Assembly: GCA_041652815.1 (NCBI GenBank)
Contig: JBAZGN010000001.1
Location: forward strand, 182,315 to 246,314
Length of the DNA stretch: 64,000 nt
Direction: 5' to 3'
From: Candidatus Omnitrophota bacterium
Lineage (GTDB): Bacteria > Omnitrophota > Gorgyraeia > Duberdicusellales > 4484-171
Every line of letters starts with the position of its first letter. Position 1 is the stretch's first letter. Positions 1-9,184 of this stretch are shown here, one piece after another. The notes under the pieces were generated by a model. The model was not told where the DNA came from. It was given only the letters and a program-made list of their open reading frames with translations, and did not search any database. The translations under genes and the position numbers were made by a program.

Positions 1-3000
1 TAACCTTTGAGGCTATGGTTAAAGAGCCGGTGGTATCAATATTGATATTTGCTGTACCGCTATAACCCCAGCTATCCACGCCTTCTAATCCGAAATTCTT
101 TACTGAATAACCCCACGTACCCGGGTCGATAAGAGTTAAATTGCCCTGATTTTTAATATTAATGTTGTAACTGTTAACTGAAGTGTCGCTCACTCTTGCG
201 GCAAGTTGGGAAACCTGGGTTTCCAAAGCATCTTCGCCCCATAAAGGATGCGAGCCAATTCCTAATGCTGAATCAAGAATTAATTTATTCGCCACTACAT
301 TCATTGCCGCGGCGTTATTATCAACGATTCTCCTATATTTACTGATAAGGGTGGCTGTGCCGGTTCCGGCATTAACATATCCAAGGCGTATATCGCCCCA
401 GGCAGTTAAATTAACGTCTCCGTTATTGGTTAAAATCTGCGCGCTACCGGATTGAACTATATTGCCATAAGCGTCTAAATCATTATAACCGCCTAATAAG
501 GTTATGGTTTTGCCGGCGAGAAGAGTTTGAATAGTTGTGCCGGTATTCTGAACGATGTCGTCTCCGGCGCTAAGAGTAATGTTTCCGTTGTTTGAGGTAA
601 TATTCGCATTGATGGTTAACCTATCCGCCAATGCAGGATAATCAGCAGTTTCTCCGGCGCTAAGGTTAATATCGCCGCTGGCAATCACATTAGCATTCAC
701 AGTTAATGGTGAAGCCGTTGAAATATTTACTGCGCCGTTTAAAGCATGAATCGCATAACCCCACGCAGCAGGATCAACAAGACTCAAATCGCCCGTATTA
801 TTAATTTCTATATTTCCGTTTGTGGTTTGTGCGGATAAGTTGGAAACTTCTGTTTCAAGGGGATTACCTGTACCGATGCCATCTTGAGCGGAAAGAATAA
901 GACTGGTAGCAGTGATATTAAGGTTGACAACGGGTGGTCCTGTTGTATCATTGCCGTCAAAAATTGCTCCTGTAGCCCTTAAATCCACCAAAGCGCTTGT
1001 TCCTGTCGCGCTGATATTACCAATATATAAATCTCCGCCTGTAACGTCTACAAAAATATCTCCGTTATTGTTTGAACCGTTAAAATTTAAAGACGAATTA
1101 CCGTTCTGGTTGAAATTAATATTTCCGTTTGTGGTGTTTGCGGTTGTATTTACCGGAAGGCCATTGCTTGTCGTGTTGTCTACATTAATATCTCCGCCGG
1201 CATTATTTAAAGTAATATCGTTTGCGATGGTTTCAATTGCATTGCCTGCGCCGATACCGCTAAGTGCGTTAAGAATAACATTAGCAGCGCTAATATTGTT
1301 TAAACCCCCGTTTAAATCGATAATTGCACCAGCACTAGTAATTAATTTAACTGTGCCGATAGAATCAACCAGGCCAACAGAAATATCTCCTGTAGCGTCT
1401 ACCTCTATATTGCCCGCAGAATTAGTGATTAAGCCCGGGCTGTAAACTGTATTGGCAACAATCTTAAGGTCGCCTGAAGAAGTAGTAATTGTACCGTAAT
1501 TGTTCAAGTTATTGAGTAGATCAAGTACGTTGCCGTTTAAATCCAGGGTCTTGCCTGTTATCACATCTACATTATAAAAAGTTGTGGTGCCATAAAGATT
1601 AGAAGTACCTGTGCCGCCAAAAACAATTGTGCTATGTTTGGGGTCAAACGTGCCGTTGTTGGTCCAGTTACCAGTCACGGTTATAATTTCCCCATCTAAC
1701 GTTGTCAGGGAACTGCCTGGAGTTATAACAATATTATTAAAAGTAAGGTCATCGCCGGAAGCGCCGCTTGCTATGCTGTTGCCGTTAAAAGTAACCGTAC
1801 CGCCGTTGGCATTGAAGGTGGTGCCGTAGCCGTTTAATTGGAAGATGCCGGCGATATTCATATTGCCGGCAGGGGCATTAAGAGCATGGCCAATGGCAAT
1901 GTATAAATTATTAAATGATGGCTCGATAGAACCACTAATAGTGCTAGTGGTGCCGTCACCGTAGAATCTAACGCTTGCATTATTATGGTTAAAAGTACCG
2001 TTTTGAATCCAGTTTCCGGATACCTTTATTTCATTGACAGGGGCAGTAAGGCTGGTGCCCGCACCGATAGTCAAGTCACCGGTGATATCTAAAGTAATTG
2101 TGCTGCCGCCTACACTTAAAGCGCTAGTGCCGGCAGTAATAAGATTATGGAAAGCTTGCGTATAAGGCGTGCCGTTAATCTGCTGACTGCCCGCACCGTT
2201 AAAAATAACCGTACCGCCGTTGGGATTAAAGGTGCCGCCGTTATTGGTCCAGTTACCTGAAATATTAGTATTTGCACCTGCGCTAAAGGTAGCTCCGCTC
2301 TCAATAATTAAACTCTTAGCAGTTACATCATCTCCCGGAGTAAAAGTTTTCCCTGCCCAAATCAACAGGTCGCCGTTTACATTCAAGGGACTGGAAACGC
2401 TATAAATTATATCCGGGTCGGTTAATCCGCCTTTAGCAGCGGCTAAGATTGCGTTGGTAATCGCTCCGGCAGCTTCATGCCTTAAAATTAAAGTTCCGCC
2501 ATAAATATTTAAACCAATTATATCCGCTGCTACGCCGGTAAGAGTTACGGTAGTTCCATGCACAACATTGCCGTCTATATAAACTAAAATAACAGAGCCA
2601 TCAGCATAATTTACATTGGCAAAGCTATAATTACCGTTTGTGGTAATAACAGGACTGCCGATAACGTTTCCGTTTATAACAAGAATTATATTTGCGCCAT
2701 CCGTAATCCGTGTTATGCCCTGGTCAAGATAAACAATACCGGAAATAGCGAAACCAGTTGGCACCGGAATCTGCCAAATAAAGCAAGGATAGCCATTATT
2801 TATGCTGGCATTAATCCCCCAAGTGTTAGTGAAATCCCATCCGGCGTTAGTAAACGTTGATTGGGTTTTCATGTCTGCGGTAGATTTTCCAGTCATGCCT
2901 GATGGATCGCTAGAACCATTACCAGCGCCTCTGGATATACCAGAAACGTCTTTATCCCAGAAATTTGCTGTATAATGAGCGCCGATATCGTTATATCCAA

Positions 3001-5833
3001 CTAAACCGCCAAAATATATTGCGGGGTGACTGGAACTGCCTGATGTACTGGCCGTAGCGCTTATATTACCAGCAAAATAAGATTTTTCGATAGTACCATA
3101 ATTTTGCCCTACTAAACCACCAATATACACGGTGGCATCGCTATCACTACCAGTTGTTGATGCTGTGCCAGACACATTTCCTCTAGCGTAACAGTTAGAA
3201 ATAGTACTGGAAGAGCTGACCTGGCCAACTAAACCACCAACGATAACGGTAACGGGATTATCATGCCCTGTCCTTGCCCACGTGCCAGTCACATTGGTAG
3301 TGGAATAGGATTTAGATATACTGCTTGAATGGCTGATATAACCAGCTAGACTTCCAACATAATTTCTACCTGTTATACTTCCGCCCTCTAAACCGACATT
3401 TTGGATTTGAGCACCATAGAGATAGCCAAAAAGACCAACATAGTCTGAAGAGCGGTTTATATAAAGACCTGTAATTTTGTGATAATCGCCGTCGAGACTG
3501 CCGGTAAAATTATTGGAACTGCTGCCTACCGACTCAAAGCCTTTGTTGCTATCCCAAGTAGAGGTTCCGGAAGCATCTATGTCTTTCGCGAGCTTAAAGT
3601 ATGACGAAAGGTGGCATTTCATTGCCTGTAGACCATAGATATCATATATAAGGTATGGGGTAGCTGAACTGCCAGTTCCGGTAAAGCGGTTAAAAGTGCC
3701 ACCCGGCAGAGTAAAACTGTTGGATACGCTAAAAACAATGGTTGGGTCAGACTGGAAAGTCCCGCTGTTTAAGATAAAATTAGCTACGCTAATCGCGTTA
3801 TTCTGTACAAATGTCGGATTTGAACCGGAATCAGACTCTCTTAAAGTAAGCGTTGCCACTCCGCTTATGGTGCGCAGCATGCAATTTTTTGGGCTCCCCG
3901 AAGAAAGCGCAGAGCTTCTTATGGTAAGATTATTGTTATTCCCAATAATAGAAGAACCAGGCCCCATGCTAAAAACACCCCAGCCGCCGGTATTATGATC
4001 TGCCCAGAAAGTAAGATCGCCGGTCATATTTATAACGGCATTGTCCGCGATATTAATGTCATCGTCATCATACCAGGGGCCGCTATAATTTCCGCTACCC
4101 CAGGTTATTGCATTGTCAAGATTATCTAGATATGCAGATTCGACTTCAGCTGTTCCGCTAACATAAAATGACGCGCCGTGCTCTAAAAGGGTCTTTGCCC
4201 TTAAAATGCCTGTGGCTTCAATGGGCCCCTGGGCTTCAAGAGTAACGGTTCCACTTGATAGAATTGTTCCGGTTATATTTATGCCTTGATTACTGGTTAA
4301 AGAAATGTTTTGAGCGGAAATTTCACCTGCGATTATGATGGTATAAGTGCTGGTAAGAGCAGGGTCGTACGGTAGGGTGGTCGCGAACACAACATTTGCA
4401 GCGTTGTAAGACGGTGGTGCGCGGCCGTTTAAGACGCCGTAAAAACCTAATTGATTAAAAGCATTTATTTCAAATGAACCAGCATCACCTTGTATACTAC
4501 CGGCTGATACATCAATTACCGCTCCGCTTAATACGTCTGTACCGCCGTTTGTTGACTTAACCAATATCTGGCCGCCGTTACCCACGGTAAACGGGCAAGC
4601 TGCACTGGTTACACTATTTGAACCTAAAACAGTTGAGCTCTGGGAAATAAGTTCGACTGACCCGGCTGTTCCACCTTCATATGCGTTTGCTGAAATTAAG
4701 CCATTCTGGAAGAGCATCGCGCTCAATAACGCAACTTGCCCTCCGTCAACTGCTGTGCTCGTTCCATCCGCGGTAATTGAACCGCTATTTATTAAAACTC
4801 CATTATCGGCAGTAACAGCGATAGTTGCCTCGCCTGAAACAGGGTTGCTTACACTAATAGTTCCTTCATTTATAATATTGCTTGTTGCATTAACAATCTT
4901 TATTTCTTTGCTTGCCTCTATAATGCCGGTTGCGGTATTTATAATCGGTGCGCCGCTGGCGGCAAGCTCGATAACTCCGTCGTGCTCGTTTAATGCTTTT
5001 GCCTGGATTACGCCTGAATTATTTATCGCGTAGTCAAAAACCTCATTTAAGACTTTAGCTGTTAGAATAATTTTTCCGCCGTTTGCAGAAATGGTGCCGC
5101 TATTTTTAATTGCGCTATCCATTCTCTGGCCGTCGGGTCCGATGATTTCTGACTGAACGGCTTCATCTATGACTACGGAAATTAAACTATTGTTGTCTAA
5201 GCCAACGGTAATTTTTTCACCGGCAGCCAAAGCAATCGTTCCTAAATTAGCTAAGGCATAAATTTCGCCCTGATTTTCTACTGCCTGGGAAAGAAGACAA
5301 ATGTATCCTCCGGCTTTGTTGGTTGAAAGCATTCCGTTGTTGATGACGTAAGCGTTCTTGCCGGCGACTTTAAAAAATTCATAGTTGCCTTTCATAAAAT
5401 TTTCGTTGGTGATATCAAGAGTTGAGGCAACTAACCCCGCGGCATTAACGTGGCTTCCTGAACCAAATAAAATTCCGTTTGGATTTACTAAAAAGATTTG
5501 CCCGTTTGGTGCGTTGATTGTCCCGAAGATACTGGAAGGGTCGGCTCCGGTTACGCGGTTTAAAGAAATAAAAGACGAATCGCGGTTATAGTTAACTGTC
5601 TTACCTGCGGCAACGTTATAACTGTTCCAATCAATAATGGATTTGTCGCTGCCAATATTTATGTCTACTGTGTTGGGGTTGGTATTGATTATGGCAGCAG
5701 AACCGTCTACGACTGTGCCGCCTTCGGGAAGACTTTGCGAAAAGCAATTCAAAGAGAGTGAAAAAAGAAAAATAGCCAGAAAGGCTATTTTGTAAATACT
5801 GATTTTTTTGCTAAATTTTTTAAACGACTCCAT
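1..5833 (-). CDS. Two-partner-secretion exoprotein TpsA (filamentous haemagglutinin / large adhesin family), 3' end beyond the window
   Basis: The minus-strand frame is open from ATG at 5833-5831 to the window edge; it is missing from the ORF track because its stop lies outside. My own translation of the first ~550 codons gives a signal peptide (MESFKKFSKKISIYKIAFLAIFLFSLSLNCFSQ) followed by a TPS secretion domain (NYNRDSSFISLNRVTGADPSSIFGTINAPNGQIFLVNPNGILFGSGSHVNAAGLVASTLDI), then long G/S/T/N-rich beta-helical repeats. Only one >=60 aa ORF is listed on the minus strand across 1-5833, consistent with a single uninterrupted frame. Confidence 0.75.
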   Translation of the reverse strand, partial: MESFKKFSKKISIYKIAFLAIFLFSLSLNCFSQSLPEGGTVVDGSAAIINTNPNTVDINIGSDKSIIDWNSYNVAAGKTVNYNRDSSFISLNRVTGADPSSIFGTINAPNGQIFLVNPNGILFGSGSHVNAAGLVASTLDITNENFMKGNYEFFKVAGKNAYVINNGMLSTNKAGGYICLLSQAVENQGEIYALANLGTIALAAGEKITVGLDNNSLISVVIDEAVQSEIIGPDGQRMDSAIKNSGTISANGGKIILTAKVLNEVFDYAINNSGVIQAKALNEHDGVIELAASGAPIINTATGIIEASKEIKIVNATSNIINEGTISVSNPVSGEATIAVTADNGVLINSGSITADGTSTAVDGGQVALLSAMLFQNGLISANAYEGGTAGSVELISQSSTVLGSNSVTSAACPFTVGNGGQILVKSTNGGTDVLSGAVIDVSAGSIQGDAGSFEINAFNQLGFYGVLNGRAPPSYNAANVVFATTLPYDPALTSTYTIIIAGEISAQNISLTSNQGINITGTILSSGTVTLEAQGPIEATGILRAKTLLEHGASFYVSGTAEVESAYLDNLDNAITWGSGNYSGPWYDDDDINIADNAVINMTGDLTFWADHNTGGWGVFSMGPGSSIIGNNNNLTIRSSALSSGSPKNCMLRTISGVATLTLRESDSGSNPTFVQNNAISVANFILNSGTFQSDPTIVFSVSNSFTLPGGTFNRFTGTGSSATPYLIYDIYGLQAMKCHLSSYFKLAKDIDASGTSTWDSNKGFESVGSSSNNFTGSLDGDYHKITGLYINRSSDYVGLFGYLYGAQIQNVGLEGGSITGRNYVGSLAGYISHSSSISKSYSTTNVTGTWARTGHDNPVTVIVGGLVGQVSSSSTISNCYARGNVSGTASTTGSDSDATVYIGGLVGQNYGTIEKSYFAGNISATASTSGSSSHPAIYFGGLVGYNDIGAHYTANFWDKDVSGISRGAGNGSSDPSGMTGKSTADMKTQSTFTNAGWDFTNTWGINASINNGYPCFIWQIPVPTGFAISGIVYLDQGITRITDGANIILVINGNVIGSPVITTNGNYSFANVNYADGSVILVYIDGNVVHGTTVTLTGVAADIIGLNIYGGTLILRHEAAGAITNAILAAAKGGLTDPDIIYSVSSPLNVNGDLLIWAGKTFTPGDDVTAKSLIIESGATFSAGANTNISGNWTNNGGTFNPNGGTVIFNGAGSQQINGTPYTQAFHNLITAGTSALSVGGSTITLDITGDLTIGAGTSLTAPVNEIKVSGNWIQNGTFNHNNASVRFYGDGTTSTISGSIEPSFNNLYIAIGHALNAPAGNMNIAGIFQLNGYGTTFNANGGTVTFNGNSIASGASGDDLTFNNIVITPGSSLTTLDGEIITVTGNWTNNGTFDPKHSTIVFGGTGTSNLYGTTTFYNVDVITGKTLDLNGNVLDLLNNLNNYGTITTSSGDLKIVANTVYSPGLITNSAGNIEVDATGDISVGLVDSIGTVKLITSAGAIIDLNGGLNNISAANVILNALSGIGAGNAIETIANDITLNNAGGDINVDNTTSNGLPVNTTANTTNGNINFNQNGNSSLNFNGSNNNGDIFVDVTGGDLYIGNISATGTSALVDLRATGAIFDGNDTTGPPVVNLNITATSLILSAQDGIGTGNPLETEVSNLSAQTTNGNIEINNTGDLSLVDPAAWGYAIHALNGAVNISTASPLTVNANVIASGDINLSAGETADYPALADRLTINANITSNNGNITLSAGDDIVQNTGTTIQTLLAGKTITLLGGYNDLDAYGNIVQSGSAQILTNNGDVNLTAWGDIRLGYVNAGTGTATLISKYRRIVDNNAAAMNVVANKLILDSALGIGSHPLWGEDALETQVSQLAARVSDTSVNSYNINIKNQGNLTLIDPGTWGYSVKNFGLEGVDSWGYSGTANINIDTTGSLTIASKV

Positions 5834-6025
5834 TCTACCCCGTGGATTTCGTGGATTTACTGATATTGTAACCGTTTTCAAATGTTCTTAAGATATAGCA
5901 TTTTAATCAAAGAATGTCAAGTCGAAAATTTAAGATTTTTGTAACTTACTAAGGTGCAGTAACTTATGAAGTAGGAATTTATGTGCGTTTAATTCAAAGG
6001 CTCTTTACCCCTTGCGCCCAGATAT

Positions 6026-6066
6026 CGTGTGAATTTTCTCGGCCTGCGGCCAGGAAAATTCACACG
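6026..6066 (-). promoter_or_regulatory. Perfect 13-bp stem / 15-nt loop hairpin in the tpsB-tpsA intergenic region
   Basis: cgtgtgaattttc-[tcggcctgcggccag]-gaaaattcacacg; the loop itself contains the palindrome ggcctgcggcc. No U-tract follows on either strand. Confidence 0.5.
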
Positions 6067-6085
6067 AAGCGCTGCGGGGTTAATT

Positions 6086-6128
6086 CACACTATTATTTTT
6101 TCGGTGTGCACGCCGAAAAAATAATGTG
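6086..6128 (-). promoter_or_regulatory. Second imperfect hairpin immediately 3' of the tpsB stop
   Basis: cacactattattttttcgg-tgtgcac-gccgaaaaaataatgtg. The arms are complementary apart from a 2-nt bulge; the element sits 5 nt downstream of the tpsB stop codon. Confidence 0.4.
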
Positions 6129-6132
6129 CTCA

Positions 6133-7842
6133 TTAAAACCGCCAGCTGAACTCAACCCAAGGATGCGCACGGTTGCCATCCGAAGGAAGCTTGCCGAGCG
6201 GATAACCCATTTCAAATTTCAAAGATAAATCTTTTACGTTAAATCTTACGCCGTATCCCCAACCGCGAAGAGTGTCGCTCTTTTCTTCTCCGGCCTGAGG
6301 GTTGTTAAGGCGGCTGTTCGCCCAGTCATAAAAACAGACCAGCCTTACGGCATCATAAAGCCGGCTTCCGGTTGTAGGCACCATTATGCCTTTAGGCAAA
6401 CCATACACGGGAAACGACCACTCCGCAGAAGAATATATTCCCTTATCTCCCGCAAATTCACCCGGGCCGTAACCACGCACGCTTTGCGCGCCGCCGATTT
6501 GAAACTGCTCTGCCGCGGCTAAATTATAATTGGAAAGCTGCGCGGAATTTTTTAATAAAAGGGATGAAGAAAAAGGCATTGGCTGCAACCTGTAGAAGTT
6601 AAAAACTCCTTTAACGAACTGGCCGCCGGCACCAACGCGCGATGCCTTGGAGTCTTTCGCGGTTAAGCCGCCCCACATACGCGGTATGCCTACGTCTATT
6701 TCAGGAGTAATAATCGTTCTGCCAAACTTATCCGTAATATCAATGTCCAGGCCATTTTTGATAACCCGCATTTCGTCACGGGAAGATTCTGCGCCGGAAA
6801 GATAGTTTTTAATATCTTTATAATCAAAGCCGAAATTATATCGTAAATCAAGTATCCTGTTTTCAAATACGGCCCGGTTTACGAATATACCGGCGATATT
6901 GGCCTTGCCTACGGCACTTAAAGCGCGAAATTCCTTTCCCAGCACCAAACGGCTATAAGAATAATAACCGCCGATTTCTGTTTTTTCGTTTACCGGATAG
7001 ATATATCTTACGTTTTTTAAGCTATAAAGGCTTTTTTGCGACATTTGATATTTAAGGTACAACTTGTCATCAAATCCCAATAAATTATTATTTTCATAAA
7101 CAAATGCCCATCGGTTTTTTTCCATATAGCGGGAACCGAAATTATCATAGTCAAAACCTATATGTATGGGGAGCCTATCCTTTACCTCTATTACTATGTC
7201 GGTTGTGCCGGGCTCAACACCGGGGACTAAAATGGCTTTCGCCATTCTGTCGGGGTTTTCATTTATATAGGTAAGAGAATTTTGGAGGATATCGTAATCG
7301 AAGTAATCTTTCGGTTTAAGTTTAATTTTTTTTTCCAACAAAGATGTGCGGAAGTAGCGGTTTCCTTTAATATCGATTTTACCCACTTTGCCTTCAATAA
7401 TTTTTATTGTCAGAATACCGTCTTTAATGGTCTGCGGCGGAAGATAGGCGCGGGAAGTGGTATAACCTTTCTTTCTATAGCTTTCGGTTATTTTATCGGC
7501 AATCTTCTGCATTTCAGAAAGAGCCAGGTCTTTGCCTTCATATCCGGAAACTATACCTTTTAACTCCTTCTCTGAAAGCAAGGTAGCGCCTTCAACGACT
7601 ATTTTCTTTATCTGGACTTTTTTGGTATCTGCAGGCAGAGGCGCTTCCTTAACGGGTTCTTCTTTAATTTCCGGCTTTTTCTTTTTCGTTTGAATTTGCT
7701 GCTCGATTGCCTTTTGCTCTTCAAGGGCTCTGTCACGCTGTTCAGTAGCTCCTATTGTCTGCGACGGCGGCACTGTTTGGGCAAATGCGCCAAAAGATAA
7801 GATAATTATAGCAGTAAAAATTGAAGCGATTTTTAAGTTCAT
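6133..7842 (-). CDS. TpsB outer-membrane transporter of two-partner secretion (ShlB/FhaC/HecB family: POTRA + beta-barrel)
   Basis: 569 aa with a signal peptide (MNLKIASIFTAIIILSFGAFAQ), a K/E-rich linker and POTRA-like region, and a C-terminal barrel ending in an aromatic (WRF). It lies immediately upstream of the TpsA gene on the same strand. Confidence 0.75.
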   Translation of the reverse strand: MNLKIASIFTAIIILSFGAFAQTVPPSQTIGATEQRDRALEEQKAIEQQIQTKKKKPEIKEEPVKEAPLPADTKKVQIKKIVVEGATLLSEKELKGIVSGYEGKDLALSEMQKIADKITESYRKKGYTTSRAYLPPQTIKDGILTIKIIEGKVGKIDIKGNRYFRTSLLEKKIKLKPKDYFDYDILQNSLTYINENPDRMAKAILVPGVEPGTTDIVIEVKDRLPIHIGFDYDNFGSRYMEKNRWAFVYENNNLLGFDDKLYLKYQMSQKSLYSLKNVRYIYPVNEKTEIGGYYSYSRLVLGKEFRALSAVGKANIAGIFVNRAVFENRILDLRYNFGFDYKDIKNYLSGAESSRDEMRVIKNGLDIDITDKFGRTIITPEIDVGIPRMWGGLTAKDSKASRVGAGGQFVKGVFNFYRLQPMPFSSSLLLKNSAQLSNYNLAAAEQFQIGGAQSVRGYGPGEFAGDKGIYSSAEWSFPVYGLPKGIMVPTTGSRLYDAVRLVCFYDWANSRLNNPQAGEEKSDTLRGWGYGVRFNVKDLSLKFEMGYPLGKLPSDGNRAHPWVEFSWRF

Positions 7843-8023
7843 TTTCCCTCTCCTTTCTTATGCTGAGCTTTATTTTATGATTGGGCTTATTCTATAGTCA
7901 GGCAAAGACAATGTCAATATAATTTTTCCCTGCTCCTGAAAACTATTCCGTACACCGCAAAAGCGCAAAATGGCCGCAAGAACGCAAAACGCATGCTAAA
8001 AATTACCTGCTACAAGAAAAATA

Positions 8024-9184
8024 TTGACTATTGCATCGCTCTGCTTTATTGTAAATACAATGGAAGAAAAATTTGCCATAGCGTCCAGCGAAAAGAGAGG
8101 CGAAGAAGCTGCCAAAGAGCTTTCTTTAAAAATAAAGTCCGTTTTTCCTAAGGCCGTCAAGGACATATTTTTATTTTTTACGCCTCAATATAACCCGCAC
8201 GAAGCCTTAAAAACTATAAATTTTACTTTAAAGCCCCGGAAGATAATTGGCCTGCAAAGCCCGTTTCTTAATTTTGAAGACCGGATACTGGAAGAAGGCA
8301 TGGTTGCTTTTGCCATAAATAAAGAGAATACAGAGTTTACGGAAGTTTTTATAAAAGAAGATTCGACGCAAAAAATAGAATCAGAGCTTCGGATGTTTTT
8401 GAAAAAATATTCCCATGAAAAAGAAGTTATTTTTTCTTTCTTATCGCATAATTTTAATTATCGTAATTACCTGCGCGGGCTGGAGCTTGCAATAGGAAAA
8501 TCTTTTAACGTCTTTGGGGGAGGCTACATTAGAAAATATGCCACGAAGAATTATCAGATAGTAAATAATACGGTAACCGAAGGCCTGGTTAACATAATCG
8601 GCGGCGGCATACAAGAAACATCGTTAAGCATCGCCGGGTTTATCCCTTTGGGCAAGCCTTTTACAATCACAAAAGTTATGGCGCAAGAAAGCATAATAAT
8701 GGAAATAAACGGCAGGCCGGCCATAAATATATACAGGGATTATCTGGAAGATAAATTCAATACTTTCATAAAAAATTATCTTTTCTCGCTATATCCGCTT
8801 GGCGTCTATTATAATGACGATATACATTTAATAAACGTTATCGAATGTTTAAAAGACGGCTCTCTCGCCTGCATTGGGAATCTTAAGGAAGGCGTAAAGG
8901 GGCATATAATGTTTTTCCATCCACAAGCCCTGCTTGATGAGCTTAAGAAAAAACTTGGATTCATAAAGAGCCATGGAGAAGGTTTGGTATTTATGGTAAA
9001 CTCTATGTTGAGAAAGCGGGTATTGCGGGAATACGCATACGAAGAGAGCCGCGTTATCAAGCAGCTGCTCGGGGATAAATTCAAAATAATAGGCATATAT
9101 GCTGATTACTCTTTTTTCTCTGAAGCAGAGAGAAGAGAAATAAACCTTGAAGCCGGAAACATATTAATGACGTTATGGAAATGA
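8024..9184 (+). CDS. Putative FIST-type sensory domain protein (FIST_N + FIST_C); true start probably ATG at 8060
   Basis: About 375 aa, cytoplasmic, with no catalytic motifs. Conserved-looking blocks (FFTPQYNPHEAL...IIGLQSP, NVFGGGYI, GIYADYSF) resemble FIST sensors. It overlaps the downstream histidine kinase gene by 10 nt, an arrangement common for FIST-HK pairs. The 8024 start is a TTG; the MEEKFAIASS methionine at 8060 is the more plausible start. Confidence 0.45.
   Translation: MTIASLCFIVNTMEEKFAIASSEKRGEEAAKELSLKIKSVFPKAVKDIFLFFTPQYNPHEALKTINFTLKPRKIIGLQSPFLNFEDRILEEGMVAFAINKENTEFTEVFIKEDSTQKIESELRMFLKKYSHEKEVIFSFLSHNFNYRNYLRGLELAIGKSFNVFGGGYIRKYATKNYQIVNNTVTEGLVNIIGGGIQETSLSIAGFIPLGKPFTITKVMAQESIIMEINGRPAINIYRDYLEDKFNTFIKNYLFSLYPLGVYYNDDIHLINVIECLKDGSLACIGNLKEGVKGHIMFFHPQALLDELKKKLGFIKSHGEGLVFMVNSMLRKRVLREYAYEESRVIKQLLGDKFKIIGIYADYSFFSEAERREINLEAGNILMTLWK

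Noticed and set aside
183-5591. Eight plus-strand ORFs of 60-177 aa listed in the first 5.6 kb
   Set aside because: They are shadow frames of the single giant minus-strand TpsA gene. They are low-complexity (L/P/V/S-rich), overlap each other's frames, and the minus-strand frame gives a coherent TPS-domain protein.
5983-6228. Plus-strand ORF spanning the tpsB-tpsA spacer and the tpsB 3' end
   Set aside because: It translates the hairpin region and runs antisense into tpsB. It shows no protein-like composition and is most likely structural RNA or DNA rather than coding.
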